Shown in pieces: positions 29,618-40,040 of a stretch of 64,000 bases of DNA (its first letter is position 1; every line of letters begins with the position of its first letter). The position numbers and the translations under genes were made by a program. Under the pieces are notes generated by a model that saw only the letters and a list, made by a program, of their open reading frames with translations, searched no databases and was not told where the DNA came from. Where the stretch lies: positions 82 to 64,081 of the forward strand of contig CAZSMC010000018.1 in NCBI GenBank assembly GCA_964607755.1, in the 5' to 3' direction. Origin of the DNA: an uncultured Cytophagia bacterium. Its GTDB lineage: Bacteria > Zhuqueibacterota > Zhuqueibacteria > Residuimicrobiales > Krinioviventaceae.

Positions 29618-31560
29618 GATGAATAATATGCTTTGATATCAAACTCACGGGATTCAAAGTTCCTGCTTTCCAGATACATCTGTTTCCAGATATAAAATCC
29701 TGTCAAGACCCAGATGTAATTATAATGCCATCGTAAACGCGGATGTGGTTTTGCATCCATAATTGAGCGGATGTAACTGTAATTGAAAATCCCATCCTGT
29801 TCGATCCGCTGCTTTGTCAAAACACGTTCCGCAGTGTCTTTGAGATCTTTTTGAAATTGCAGATAGGGATTAAAAGTAAATCCCCACTTTTTTTTGCGAA
29901 TAATGCGCTCCGGTAAATACGGTTGCATGGCCTTGCGCATGAGATATTTTGTTTCTGTGCCGCGCATTTTCATTTTCGCCGGAATCGAAAAACCAAATTT
30001 AACTAAATCCACATCCAGAAAAGGAACCCGCTCTTCCAAAGAGTGCGCCATGGACATGCGGTCTTCGACCAAAAGATAATCGTTTACCATTTTGCTGTGC
30101 ACTTCGGCAAAATAGACCTGATCCAGCGGCGTGAGACCGGCTATGCGATCGAATAAAGGTTCAAATTCATTTTTAACAGGTTGAATATTGTTTTGCAAGA
30201 ACGATGGCGCATAGATGTTTTGCCAGTGCTTGCGATCGTAATCCCAGACGTTGCGCAGGATCAAATAAAATTTTGTCAAATTACCGGTGGCCAGCGCCAT
30301 TTGCAGACCCCGGCGATACTCGTCGAATTTCATCGGTGCGAGCTGTGTTTGCGCCGCGTAAAGCAATGCACTTAATTTAGAACTGACAGCCGACTCGCCC
30401 TGGCGCGGAACCAGATCGTGCAACCGGTTGAACGGCAAAATGAATTTGTGAATATCATAACCGGAAAAAAGTTCATCTCCTCCCAATCCGCCCAAAGCGA
30501 CTTTGAGATGTTTGGAGACAAAATCGGACATCATATAGCCTTGCAGCAAATTGATCTTTGGCTCTTCAGCGTGCCACATCACTTCCGGCATAAAGCGCAT
30601 GGGATTCAAATCCATGCGCAACACATGATGGTTGGTCTGATAACGATGTGCCGTTTGCCTGGCGTCATCGATTTCGTCGGTGGGTTCATTAAAACCCAGC
30701 GTAAACGTGTTGATATCTTTAACACCTGCCTCGCGCATCATGGCAACGATAGAACCGGAATCGAGACCGCCGGAAAGATAAACGCCGATGGGCACATCGC
30801 TTACGAGCTGGCGCTTGACAGCTTGCTTCATCCGATAAGGAATTTCCGCCAGCCATTCCTTTTCTGGTTTTTGATAATCTATGTGAGGTTGCAGACGAAA
30901 ATACCGTTCGCTGCGCTTAATCCGGCCGTTCTGAACAATCATGTAATGAGCCGGCGGACAGCGGTACAATCCTTTGAACAACGTCTCGTCACCCTGATTG
31001 TAACGCAGGTTGATTTGGTGATGCAGAGCCTGCGGATTCAATTCTCTGGGAACATCCGGATGAGTTAAAATGGCTTTTTGTTCAGAGGCAAAAAGAAAGA
31101 GGTCAGGCGCTTGGTAATAGTGCAAAGGTTTGACGCCAAAATGATCGCGGGCGAGGACAAGCTGCGGCTGATCGTTGCGTTCATCTAAAATGGCAAAAGA
31201 AAAAATGCCGTTCAAACGCTGAAACGATTCGACACCATGGATCTCGTAAAGTTTTAACACAACCTCGGTATCCGATTGCGTTTTGAATTGAGCACCACGT
31301 TTTGTCAGTTCGGCTCTGAGTTCACGATAATTGTAAATCTCGCCATTGTAAACGATGGCCAGTTTTTTATCCTGATTGTAAATCGGTTGATTACCGGTTT
31401 TAAGATCAATAATACTCAGCCGGCGATGACCAAGGCAGGTGTCCCCAGATTGGTAGACAGCCGAGTGTTCCGGTCCGCGATGAGCAAGCATCTGGCACAT
31501 CTTTTCGACAAAAGACCGGTTGTCGCGATTTGGTTGGACGATTCCGCAAATTCCACACAT
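29614..31560 (-). CDS. Asparagine synthetase (glutamine-hydrolysing) family amidotransferase.
   Basis: It has the N-terminal nucleophile MCGICGI, the PP-loop SGGLDSG and a length of about 648 aa. It is typical of AsnB paralogs found in polysaccharide clusters. Confidence 0.8.
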   Translation of the reverse strand: MCGICGIVQPNRDNRSFVEKMCQMLAHRGPEHSAVYQSGDTCLGHRRLSIIDLKTGNQPIYNQDKKLAIVYNGEIYNYRELRAELTKRGAQFKTQSDTEVVLKLYEIHGVESFQRLNGIFSFAILDERNDQPQLVLARDHFGVKPLHYYQAPDLFLFASEQKAILTHPDVPRELNPQALHHQINLRYNQGDETLFKGLYRCPPAHYMIVQNGRIKRSERYFRLQPHIDYQKPEKEWLAEIPYRMKQAVKRQLVSDVPIGVYLSGGLDSGSIVAMMREAGVKDINTFTLGFNEPTDEIDDARQTAHRYQTNHHVLRMDLNPMRFMPEVMWHAEEPKINLLQGYMMSDFVSKHLKVALGGLGGDELFSGYDIHKFILPFNRLHDLVPRQGESAVSSKLSALLYAAQTQLAPMKFDEYRRGLQMALATGNLTKFYLILRNVWDYDRKHWQNIYAPSFLQNNIQPVKNEFEPLFDRIAGLTPLDQVYFAEVHSKMVNDYLLVEDRMSMAHSLEERVPFLDVDLVKFGFSIPAKMKMRGTETKYLMRKAMQPYLPERIIRKKKWGFTFNPYLQFQKDLKDTAERVLTKQRIEQDGIFNYSYIRSIMDAKPHPRLRWHYNYIWVLTGFYIWKQMYLESRNFESREFDIKAYYSS

Positions 31561-31584
31561 AGATATTCATACTGTTTAGTAACG

Positions 31585-31615
31585 AAAAAGGTTCTCTAAA
31601 ACAGAGAACCTTTTG
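31585..31615 (-). terminator. Rho-independent terminator downstream of yfhO.
   Basis: A perfect palindrome GGTTCTCT-aaaac-AGAGAACC is flanked by A5/T4 runs. On the minus strand it reads stem then CTTTTT. Confidence 0.65.
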
Positions 31616-31637
31616 CAAGAACGGGTTGATTATCAGT

Positions 31638-34154
31638 TCAGGCTGATTTTGTTTTTCTGCGAATACGCGGCACAAGGGCAATGATGAGCAGCAGATAAAC
31701 GACCGCCGTGGTTCCGCCAGTGACAGCCATGCTGATTTTAAAAGTTTTGGGTTCGAGTTCAAAACTTATGGTGTGCTCGCCTTCCGGCACAACCACACCG
31801 CGCAAAACATGATTCACATTGACGATTTCGCTTTTCTTGCCATCCACAAAAGCTTTCCAGCCTGCCGGATAATAAATTTCGCTCAAAACCATGAGCGTTT
31901 GCGTATCGGTGAAAAGCTCGATGTCGATATAATTGGGTTCGTACCGGGTTAGCTGCCAATCGCAACTGTCCGGTTTGGCAATAGATTCATCCAGCTCTTG
32001 TTGAAGGATGGCCGTTTCTGCCGGATTAAAAGCCGGGTCGTTCAGGCGGGACAGCCGTCTGTCCCGGTCCTGAATGATTTCGATATTGCCGACGCACCAG
32101 AGGCGCGGCAAAACTGCATTATTCTCGTAAACGACAATTTCCTGTCCTTCATCTTCATAAACCAGCGTTAAATTCGGATGCTGAATCCGGCCCTTTGCCA
32201 GCACATATTTGCCGTTCAACATATTCACCACATTCCAGTTGATTGGAGTGCCTTCACTGTTTTGAAAGCCAGGGGCTGTACGCTGATAGAGACAAGATTC
32301 GCGGAGGTCCTGGTAAATCCGCAGCTTGGCAGGATGATAGCCGGTAATCGATTGATGAAAATACGGCCAATGCGCCTGGCCGGACAATTCACCAATCGGC
32401 ATGATGCGGTGCATTTCCTCGTCCTGTTGAATGATCTGATCGATCTTCGTTTTGACAAAATAATTGTCCATTCTCTTTTCGTTGACCAAATCTTGCATAT
32501 AGCGTTTGTCAATGCCGAACAGATCAAAAAGCAGCAGAATAGTAATTGCACCTATAAACAGTGTTTTTGAAAGCCAGTTTTTCAAAAACGCCATCACCAC
32601 AATAAATGTAACCGCGACAAGTCCGAGCATGCGCACGGCATCACCTTTGAGCAGATCGAACCTGGCGGTTTTGAGCAGATTCAGGATATTGTCATTATAC
32701 TGTTGAACCTCTTGAGGTTTGACCAAAGGTAGCGCGTTTCGGAACACGAATGGTGCCAGACCCAGTGCCGCGAAAATACCAAAGATGATTAACAAGCCGC
32801 GCACCAGTTTTGCACGTTCAATTTCTTTGGTACGGTTTATAAGAAAATGCAAACCAATTCCAGCTAAAAGAGCAAATGAAAAGAAAACGACAACCACAAT
32901 CATTGTCGGGACGCGGAACTTGTCGAAAAACGGCACATAATTCAAAAAGAATTTATATAACGGCGGAAAATGCCGGCCCCACGCCAGCAGCAGCGAAAAG
33001 ACAATCAGCACGCTGAGTATTTTGACTTCACGTCTCTTCCATTGAAAACCAATGCCGATAAAAGCCAGCATCAGGGTCACCACGCCCATGTAATCGGTTG
33101 TCGAGGTGAACGGCATGTGCCCCCAATATCCGGGAATGACCCGGCCTTTCAGTTGTTCAGCATCGTCGCCCTGATACAGTTGCGAAGAATGGCCGCCAAA
33201 GAAACGTGGGATGATAAAATTGTACATCTCGGCAGGATGTAACGACCACTGGGTGGCATAATCGAAATCCAGCCCGGTGGATTCCTTTTCACCGGTGCCG
33301 CCGCGAATGGTATATTGGGAATACTCTCGCACCTGAATGGCATTAAAGGAAGACATGCCCACGCCCAGAGCAAGCCCCAGCAGAATTAATCCCCCTCGGG
33401 CACCGACAGGTTTCCAATCTTTATTTTTGATCCATTGGACGAGTTCCACCACGCCGAAAAACAGCATGACCAGGCCCGTATAAAAAACAATCTGATAGTG
33501 TCCGGCGCGAACAGACAGACTGAATGCAATCGTGAACAGGCTAAAGTTCAACAAATTGCCTTTTTTGAGCAAACGCAGAAAGGTGTACAAAACCAGAGGC
33601 ATCAGCATGATGGTCATGACTTTGCTGTTGTGGCCGGCTTCGATGAGGCCAATGAAATTTGGCCACCATATAAAAGCCAATGCTGAAAATGTCCCAATGA
33701 TTAGTGAAAAATTCCAGAACCGCATGAGCAGCAAAATCCCCACAGCACCGAGAAGATAATAAACCGTCTGCCACTGCACGGCCTGGGAAAGCCACACGAT
33801 AATGTACCGGGCAGGCTGCTCGAACGGCGGCTTGAGAGAAATAAGATGCGCCGGCATCCCGGAAAAAACATTGTTAGCCCAGAGCGGAATGTAATCGTAC
33901 TTTTCCCTGGCATCCAAAATCGATTTGGCATTTCCTTTCCAGGAGATAATATCCGTAGAAGGCGGGACTTTATTCTGAAAAACGAGCGGCGCAAAGTAAA
34001 TCAATACAAGCAGCAAAATGATGCCCAGACTAATGGCGTATTGCTGAGTGGTGGTAAGCTGAAAAGATTGTTTGAGGTGCTTTGCTTGTTTTTGCTGGGA
34101 TTTGCTCTTTCTCTTTTTAGATGTCTGTTTTTTTTGACTCATAATCCTGTCCAC
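31638..34154 (-). CDS. YfhO-family polytopic membrane protein (GT-C-like glycosyltransferase).
   Basis: It is 838 aa. The N-terminal half contains 12 or more TM segments, and the architecture and conserved blocks are YfhO-like. Confidence 0.65.
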   Translation of the reverse strand: MDRIMSQKKQTSKKRKSKSQQKQAKHLKQSFQLTTTQQYAISLGIILLLVLIYFAPLVFQNKVPPSTDIISWKGNAKSILDAREKYDYIPLWANNVFSGMPAHLISLKPPFEQPARYIIVWLSQAVQWQTVYYLLGAVGILLLMRFWNFSLIIGTFSALAFIWWPNFIGLIEAGHNSKVMTIMLMPLVLYTFLRLLKKGNLLNFSLFTIAFSLSVRAGHYQIVFYTGLVMLFFGVVELVQWIKNKDWKPVGARGGLILLGLALGVGMSSFNAIQVREYSQYTIRGGTGEKESTGLDFDYATQWSLHPAEMYNFIIPRFFGGHSSQLYQGDDAEQLKGRVIPGYWGHMPFTSTTDYMGVVTLMLAFIGIGFQWKRREVKILSVLIVFSLLLAWGRHFPPLYKFFLNYVPFFDKFRVPTMIVVVVFFSFALLAGIGLHFLINRTKEIERAKLVRGLLIIFGIFAALGLAPFVFRNALPLVKPQEVQQYNDNILNLLKTARFDLLKGDAVRMLGLVAVTFIVVMAFLKNWLSKTLFIGAITILLLFDLFGIDKRYMQDLVNEKRMDNYFVKTKIDQIIQQDEEMHRIMPIGELSGQAHWPYFHQSITGYHPAKLRIYQDLRESCLYQRTAPGFQNSEGTPINWNVVNMLNGKYVLAKGRIQHPNLTLVYEDEGQEIVVYENNAVLPRLWCVGNIEIIQDRDRRLSRLNDPAFNPAETAILQQELDESIAKPDSCDWQLTRYEPNYIDIELFTDTQTLMVLSEIYYPAGWKAFVDGKKSEIVNVNHVLRGVVVPEGEHTISFELEPKTFKISMAVTGGTTAVVYLLLIIALVPRIRRKTKSA

Positions 34155-34175
34155 AGTTTTATTTTCAAACGAAAA

Positions 34176-35234
34176 TTACATGTGATCTGAACATTTATAA
34201 TATCGTTTAACAAATCCGGTAAATTCATCTTGTTTGAGAATGACACGCCGAACGAACGCAATTGTAAAACCCAACCCGTAACCGGTAATCTGCAATATCA
34301 TGACCAGAGGCACGAAAACAGCGGTTTTCACATTCCATTTCAAACCCGCATCTACGGCGCTGAACAACAGAGCGGCAATGCCAAACGCTGCAAACCAGAT
34401 CCATACAGAGAACACAGCGGGAAAAATAATCGCACAAAGAGTAAACAGCGTAATAAACCAGAAACCGATAGCCGGCGCAAAGTGTAACGGTTCGAGCATG
34501 TTCTTATCGATTTTGTATAAATTAATACGCGCTACGCCCCAGTTAAAGACCTGGCGGAAAAATGTGCTCAATGAGGTTCGACGTTTATGAAATACTACGG
34601 CATCTTGGAGGTAAGCCACTTTTTCTCCGCTTTTGATAATGCGGTTGCTAAATTCGATATCCTGGCCGTGTCGCAAACTGCCAAACCCGCCGATTTTTTC
34701 ATAGAGGTCGCGGTGCAATCCCATATTAAAGCTGCGCGGATAAAATTTTGCCAGGCGTTTATTTTTGCCGCCGCGCATACCGCCGGTGGTGAGAAACGAG
34801 GTCATGCTATAATTGATAGCCAGCAGCAGCGGCGGAAAATCCGGTTGTGCGTCATCACGCCCGCCAAAGGCTTTTAGCTCCGGATCAGAATCAAAAGCGC
34901 TTTTGATGGTTTTCAACCAGTCCGGCGGCGCTGTGCAATCCGAGTCGATGAACACAAACACATCGCCTTTGGCGTTTTCCATGCCCTTGTTACGGGCTGC
35001 ACCAGGGCCTTGATGATCCTGTCGAATAAACCGAACGTTCACGCCGGAAGATTTTTGAAATGTTTCGATCCATTCTGCGGTACCGTCTTTTGATCCGTCA
35101 TCCACAAGAATAACTTTGAAATCATTCCTGCTCAAGTTCTGCTTTTCAAGTGACGCAAGCAGTTCTTGAATTTCCTGCTTGCGGTTATAGGACGGAATGA
35201 TGACCGAAAGCCTGTTGCCGGGTGTTTGTGTCAT
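34176..35234 (-). CDS. GT2 family glycosyltransferase with C-terminal TM segments.
   Basis: It carries the motif LSVIIPSYNR...DDGSKDGT...FIDSDC plus three or four C-terminal TM helices. Confidence 0.75.
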   Translation of the reverse strand: MTQTPGNRLSVIIPSYNRKQEIQELLASLEKQNLSRNDFKVILVDDGSKDGTAEWIETFQKSSGVNVRFIRQDHQGPGAARNKGMENAKGDVFVFIDSDCTAPPDWLKTIKSAFDSDPELKAFGGRDDAQPDFPPLLLAINYSMTSFLTTGGMRGGKNKRLAKFYPRSFNMGLHRDLYEKIGGFGSLRHGQDIEFSNRIIKSGEKVAYLQDAVVFHKRRTSLSTFFRQVFNWGVARINLYKIDKNMLEPLHFAPAIGFWFITLFTLCAIIFPAVFSVWIWFAAFGIAALLFSAVDAGLKWNVKTAVFVPLVMILQITGYGLGFTIAFVRRVILKQDEFTGFVKRYYKCSDHM

Positions 35235-36205
35235 GCCTCAGGATCATCCTCCCAGCCATACGTTTCTTTGATCAGATATGGATCGCTGTCCCTGCGAGAT
35301 TCCGTGATCATCTCGCCCAGTAAACCAATGGAAAAGAACTGAATGCCAACAATAAACAGCAGGACACCTAAAAACAACAAGGGGCGGTTACTCAGGTGTG
35401 CGTCATAAACGATTTTTTGAATACTCAAATAAAGAAGAATAATGAAACCCAAAAATGTGGTTATGCCGCCCCATAAACCAAATAGATGTAGTGGGCGTTT
35501 TTTATATTTCGTCAAAAAGCTAATAGTCAACAGATCAAACGCACCGCGGGTAAACCGGGCAGCGCCGTATTTTGAACGTCCGAATTTTCTCTCATGATGG
35601 TTCACCGGAATTTCAGTCACCCGGAATCCATGATTGTGGGCAATGACCGGTAAATAGCGATGAAGTTCACCATAGACGTGCAAGTTTTTAATGACTCTGT
35701 TGCGGTACGCTTTCAAGCCGCAATTAAAATCATGCAGTTTGAGCCCGCTGAATTTAGAAGTGAAAAAATTAAAAATCCGGGACGGAATGCGTTTGGTCAT
35801 CGGGTCACGGCGAACTTTTTTCCAGCCAGAGACTAGATCGTATCCTTCTTCAAGTTTGGCGACAAGATTAGGAATTTCGTTCGGATCGTCCTGAAGGTCA
35901 GCATCCATAGTGATAATAAACCGGCCGCTGGCTCTTTTAAATGCCGCAGCCAGCGCCGCCGACTTGCCATAGTTGCGGCGAAACTGAATGAGTTTGACCG
36001 ATGGATCTTTTTCCCTGGCATTTTGAATCTGCTGAACCGTCTGATCGGTCGAACCATCATCCACAAAGATAATTTCATACGGTTTCTCTCTGGCGCTCAA
36101 GACAGCGCGCAGTCGGTCCACCAACTCGATGATAGAACTTTCCTCATTAAAAGTTGGCAGGACGACAGATATGTCAATTGAATCCGGCATGAGACTTGTT
36201 ATCAT
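35231..36205 (-). CDS. Polyprenol-phosphate sugar synthase, GT2 (GtrB/ArnC/DPM1-like).
   Basis: It has ISVVLPTFNEE...IIFVDDGSTDQT...MDADLQDDP and two C-terminal TM helices, the hallmarks of GtrB-like enzymes. Confidence 0.8.
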   Translation of the reverse strand: MITSLMPDSIDISVVLPTFNEESSIIELVDRLRAVLSAREKPYEIIFVDDGSTDQTVQQIQNAREKDPSVKLIQFRRNYGKSAALAAAFKRASGRFIITMDADLQDDPNEIPNLVAKLEEGYDLVSGWKKVRRDPMTKRIPSRIFNFFTSKFSGLKLHDFNCGLKAYRNRVIKNLHVYGELHRYLPVIAHNHGFRVTEIPVNHHERKFGRSKYGAARFTRGAFDLLTISFLTKYKKRPLHLFGLWGGITTFLGFIILLYLSIQKIVYDAHLSNRPLLFLGVLLFIVGIQFFSIGLLGEMITESRRDSDPYLIKETYGWEDDPEA

Positions 36206-37014
36206 TATAATTGGAATTTAAAGACATCAGGCGGCATTTTGATATAAAATTTTTTTGGTGCAATTTTAGTGTTTATGTGCACAGTTTCATAAAACATGGT
36301 CAATGATTCTTTTTCCTGCGGCCGGATATAGCGAATCGTTTGTGGAATACGCACATTGTTAATTTTGACAAACCGGCTGAACTCTTCAATTCGAACGAGA
36401 TTATTCGTCCTGTCCCGAACTTCTGTTTTCGTAATCACACCCCATTGCGGATCGAGCCAGTGTTTGTACAAGTACTCGTTATTATACCCGACAAGCAGCC
36501 ACTCTTCTTCCTTGACGGATAATTGTAAATCCGACAAATGCTCAATTTTTGGCATGCCAGTAATTGCCTGCAAAAAATGTTTTCGAGACATATCAAATCC
36601 CAAAAACATGCCAAGACGAAGTGTGTCATGTTCCGTGCTGGTGTACACCATGTTGTCCATGGGCGAATAGATGAAAAATTCGTACCGGTCGGCAAATAAC
36701 ACTCCGACATCCATGCCAAGCATGGCTTCCAGTTTCACATAAAGCGAGTCCGGTTTTTTTAGCAGGACATGCGCTCCGCCGCGAAACGATTGTCGCGGTG
36801 ACTGCACAACCAATTGACCGCGGCCATTTAATGTTCGCAGCCTGTTGTAATTTCGTTGCAAATGGTTTTCAATCACGTTAGCATAGGCGTCATCCTCAGT
36901 CAAAACCGGTTTTTGAACGAGTCCGGCACATCCTGACAATAGAAAAGCGGTCACGCCAATAAGGCATAAAGACCGCCATACACTGGAAAGTAAAACCTGA
37001 AAAAAGTTTAACAT
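36205..37014 (-). CDS. DUF4292 family lipoprotein (LolA-like fold).
   Basis: A lipobox-like LLSGCAG is followed by sequence resembling DUF4292. That family is characteristically paired with a TPR protein in FCB-group genomes, as it is here. Confidence 0.5.
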   Translation of the reverse strand: MLNFFQVLLSSVWRSLCLIGVTAFLLSGCAGLVQKPVLTEDDAYANVIENHLQRNYNRLRTLNGRGQLVVQSPRQSFRGGAHVLLKKPDSLYVKLEAMLGMDVGVLFADRYEFFIYSPMDNMVYTSTEHDTLRLGMFLGFDMSRKHFLQAITGMPKIEHLSDLQLSVKEEEWLLVGYNNEYLYKHWLDPQWGVITKTEVRDRTNNLVRIEEFSRFVKINNVRIPQTIRYIRPQEKESLTMFYETVHINTKIAPKKFYIKMPPDVFKFQL

Positions 37015-39029
37015 CAGTCTGCCTGGCTCAATTTATCCAGAATTTTCACCCGTCGATTGTCCAGTTCATAGGCTTTGCGCCACAATTCTTCGGCTATTTC
37101 CTTATCTCCCAACGCCGCGTAGACGTCACCTAAATGATCAATAATTTCTGCGGTATTGGGACTCAATTCCATCGACTTTTCGATAAACTGTTTCGCTTTT
37201 TGAAACTCGCCAAGCCGATAATAAATCCATCCCAGAGTATCCAGATAGGGCGGATTATCAGGCTGAGCCTTCACAGCGCGTTGGGCATATTCAAGAGCTT
37301 CGTTTAACCTGATTTTTCGCTGGGACAGATGATAGGCATAATTGTTCAAAATGATCGGGCTATCAGGATTGTTTTTTAATAATTTGGCATATAGCTCCTC
37401 TGCCTGGTCGTATTGTTTAATTTCATCATAAGCGCCAGCCAAAGACAGGGCGATATGATCATTATCCGGGTCGTGTTTCAGAGCGGTTTCATAATAAGAA
37501 ACAGCGCTGGCGGTTTTTCGCAGTTGACTGAGCACATTGCCGGCATAGTAATTCAACTCCGCGTCTTTGGGAAATTTTTCTATTGCATCTTTGAAATTTT
37601 GTAATGCCGTATCAAGGCTGTCCATTCGCATATAAGTAATGCCGCGAAGCACCCACAATTTGGGCAATTCTGCATTCAACTGGATTGCTTTATCAAAATA
37701 ACCGGCGCATTCCTGGTTGTTACCTTGCAAAAAGTGAAAACGGCCGAGCGCCACATGAACCTGCCAGTCATCACCGTGACTTTCAATGAGCGGTTCTATG
37801 GTACTGATTGCTCTTAGAGTGTCCCCTTTTTGAACCAGCAGATTGGCAATTTCAATTCGTGAACCCACGTATGTTGTATCATTGTCTTTCAGTGGTTCAT
37901 AAAGAGCAATAGCGTCTTGCCATTGTTTTTTCCCGGCGTAAATATCGCGCAGTGCACTTCTCACCATGTAAAACGCCTGCTTTTTTTCAAGCGCTGACCG
38001 GTAGGTCTGGATCGCTTTGTTTGTATCTCCCACGGCGATGTGCGCCTGTCCCAGGCTCAGATGCAAACGTTCACTATGCGGATGTTTAGCGATTGATCTT
38101 CCATAAAGGTCAATAGCTTTTGTGGTATCCTCATTTTCGATATACAATTGACCGAGCTGTAGAATTGTAGTTACATCTGAAGAGTCTGGAGATAAAAGAT
38201 CTTTGTACAGCGAGATAGCGCTTTGCCAGTCCTGGCGTTTTTTGTACACTCTCAGCAATTCAGCTCGTGCTTCCTTGAAATGTGGATTCTGTTGCAACGC
38301 TTTTTCATACCACGAAACAGCTTTTGCTGTGTCGCCTTGTGCTTTGCAGGTTGCGGCTAATGCAAGGTACGGGGCTTCCTGATTCGGATAGTTTTCATGA
38401 ACATTTTGATATACTATTTGTGCCTGCTCGTAATGATTGTGTTGAAAAAATTGATGACCAATTCTGAGTTGATAGTCCAAATGACTTAATCCTCTGTCTA
38501 TCATATTGTGATATGTTTTCAGAGCGTCCTGGGGCTTGTTTGTTTCGATGAGAAGAACGGTGAGGTAATACATAGCCTCAATGTCGTAAGGCCGGAGCTC
38601 GATGATCTCGCGATAAACTTTTTCCGCCTTTGCAACATTCTCAGTGGCTTCATAGCACGCAGCCAACAGTTCCAGAGCATCCAGGTTGCCGGAACTCAAT
38701 TGGAGTGCCTTTTGAGCATAACGAATGGCGAGGTCTGGTTGCCTGAGCATAAAATATTTTTCAGCCAGGGCAAGATAAATACCGGCAGAAAAGGAATCGT
38801 ACTGTGCGGCCTGTTGATAATAAAACAATGCCTCTTTGGGATTTTCCAGCAAATCAGCAATGGCACCATTTATGACCATGTGCATCGCCGCGCGATTGTA
38901 GGTTTTATTTTCGTCCGGTGGGGACGATTTTGAAATGTTAAGTGAAGAAGCACAGTCAAGCGCAATTAAAAGAAAAGCCACAGTAAGAATGTAAAGTAAT
39001 CGTTTTTTCATAAAGAAATCTTTTTCCAT
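37014..39029 (-). CDS. Tetratricopeptide-repeat protein with signal peptide.
   Basis: About 15 TPR units (repeated A..Y......Y..A...Y..AL...P pattern) and an N-terminal signal sequence. Confidence 0.8.
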   Translation of the reverse strand: MEKDFFMKKRLLYILTVAFLLIALDCASSLNISKSSPPDENKTYNRAAMHMVINGAIADLLENPKEALFYYQQAAQYDSFSAGIYLALAEKYFMLRQPDLAIRYAQKALQLSSGNLDALELLAACYEATENVAKAEKVYREIIELRPYDIEAMYYLTVLLIETNKPQDALKTYHNMIDRGLSHLDYQLRIGHQFFQHNHYEQAQIVYQNVHENYPNQEAPYLALAATCKAQGDTAKAVSWYEKALQQNPHFKEARAELLRVYKKRQDWQSAISLYKDLLSPDSSDVTTILQLGQLYIENEDTTKAIDLYGRSIAKHPHSERLHLSLGQAHIAVGDTNKAIQTYRSALEKKQAFYMVRSALRDIYAGKKQWQDAIALYEPLKDNDTTYVGSRIEIANLLVQKGDTLRAISTIEPLIESHGDDWQVHVALGRFHFLQGNNQECAGYFDKAIQLNAELPKLWVLRGITYMRMDSLDTALQNFKDAIEKFPKDAELNYYAGNVLSQLRKTASAVSYYETALKHDPDNDHIALSLAGAYDEIKQYDQAEELYAKLLKNNPDSPIILNNYAYHLSQRKIRLNEALEYAQRAVKAQPDNPPYLDTLGWIYYRLGEFQKAKQFIEKSMELSPNTAEIIDHLGDVYAALGDKEIAEELWRKAYELDNRRVKILDKLSQAD

Positions 39030-39203
39030 TAATCAAAAAATATATTACTATTTTTTATCTTTAACAAGTAAAAAATCGGCTTTGAACAATACATAAAACG
39101 TTAAAATCATTGACCTTGTTCCTGGGTTCTTGATAATTATAAAGACTTTTCTCTTTGAAAAAAAATGGCTATTTTTGTAAAAACAAACAAAACAGGTGTG
39201 TAC

Positions 39204-40025
39204 ATGGAAAAACTCCAAAATCTGGATTTACTGGCAAAGTGCGGCGCGATTGTTTGTGACCTGGACGGTACTCTCTATTTGGAAAATGAACCCATTTCCG
39301 GGGCCCATGAATTTTTACAAACAATATTAGATTCAGGACGGGAATTGTTTTATTTCACCAATAACACGTCCCGGTCGCGGGCAAGTTATGTATCTAAATT
39401 ACAGAACATGGATTTTCCGGTAACCGAGGAAAATATTATCACTTCTGCGGATTGTGCTGACAGCTATTTGCGCCGGGAGTACCTCTTTCCGCGAATTTAT
39501 CTGGTCGGCAACCAGGATTTGCAGTCCGAGTTTGAATTCCGCGGTTACGAAATCCTAACTGAAGAGGAAGCTTATACGCTCTTGCCAACGGCTGTAGTAC
39601 TTGGATTTGATACCGAACTGACGTATCGAAAAATCCATACCTGTTATGATCTGATAATTCAAAACGTGCCATTTATAGCCACTCACGCTGACAAGCTGTG
39701 TCCGGTCAGCAAAAACACATTCAAACCGGATGTGGGCTCATTTATTGCCATGTTCGAGACGGCAACCGGCGGCATAACTCCCACTGTCGTGGGCAAGCCA
39801 ACAGAAGAAGCTGTAAAAGCTATTTCCGAGCGGGCTGGATTGCCGCCGCAGGAAATCGCTTTCATTGGCGACCGGCTCTATACGGATATTCGCATGGCTA
39901 TGAATTATGATATGGTTGGCGTTTTGGTACTCAGCGGTGAAACCACAGAAGAGATGCTTGAAAAATCGCCAGACCGGCCAAAAATCGTTATCGATTCCAT
40001 CGCCGATCTGACATACCATCTCTAA
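39204..40025 (+). CDS. HAD superfamily hydrolase, subfamily IIA (NagD-like).
   Basis: It carries motif I (CDLDGTLY), the HAD-IIA cap, and FIGDRLYTDI (motif IV). The start is placed at the internal Met behind AGGTG. Confidence 0.7.
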   Translation: MEKLQNLDLLAKCGAIVCDLDGTLYLENEPISGAHEFLQTILDSGRELFYFTNNTSRSRASYVSKLQNMDFPVTEENIITSADCADSYLRREYLFPRIYLVGNQDLQSEFEFRGYEILTEEEAYTLLPTAVVLGFDTELTYRKIHTCYDLIIQNVPFIATHADKLCPVSKNTFKPDVGSFIAMFETATGGITPTVVGKPTEEAVKAISERAGLPPQEIAFIGDRLYTDIRMAMNYDMVGVLVLSGETTEEMLEKSPDRPKIVIDSIADLTYHL

Positions 40026-40040
40026 ACGTTGTTAGCGCTG

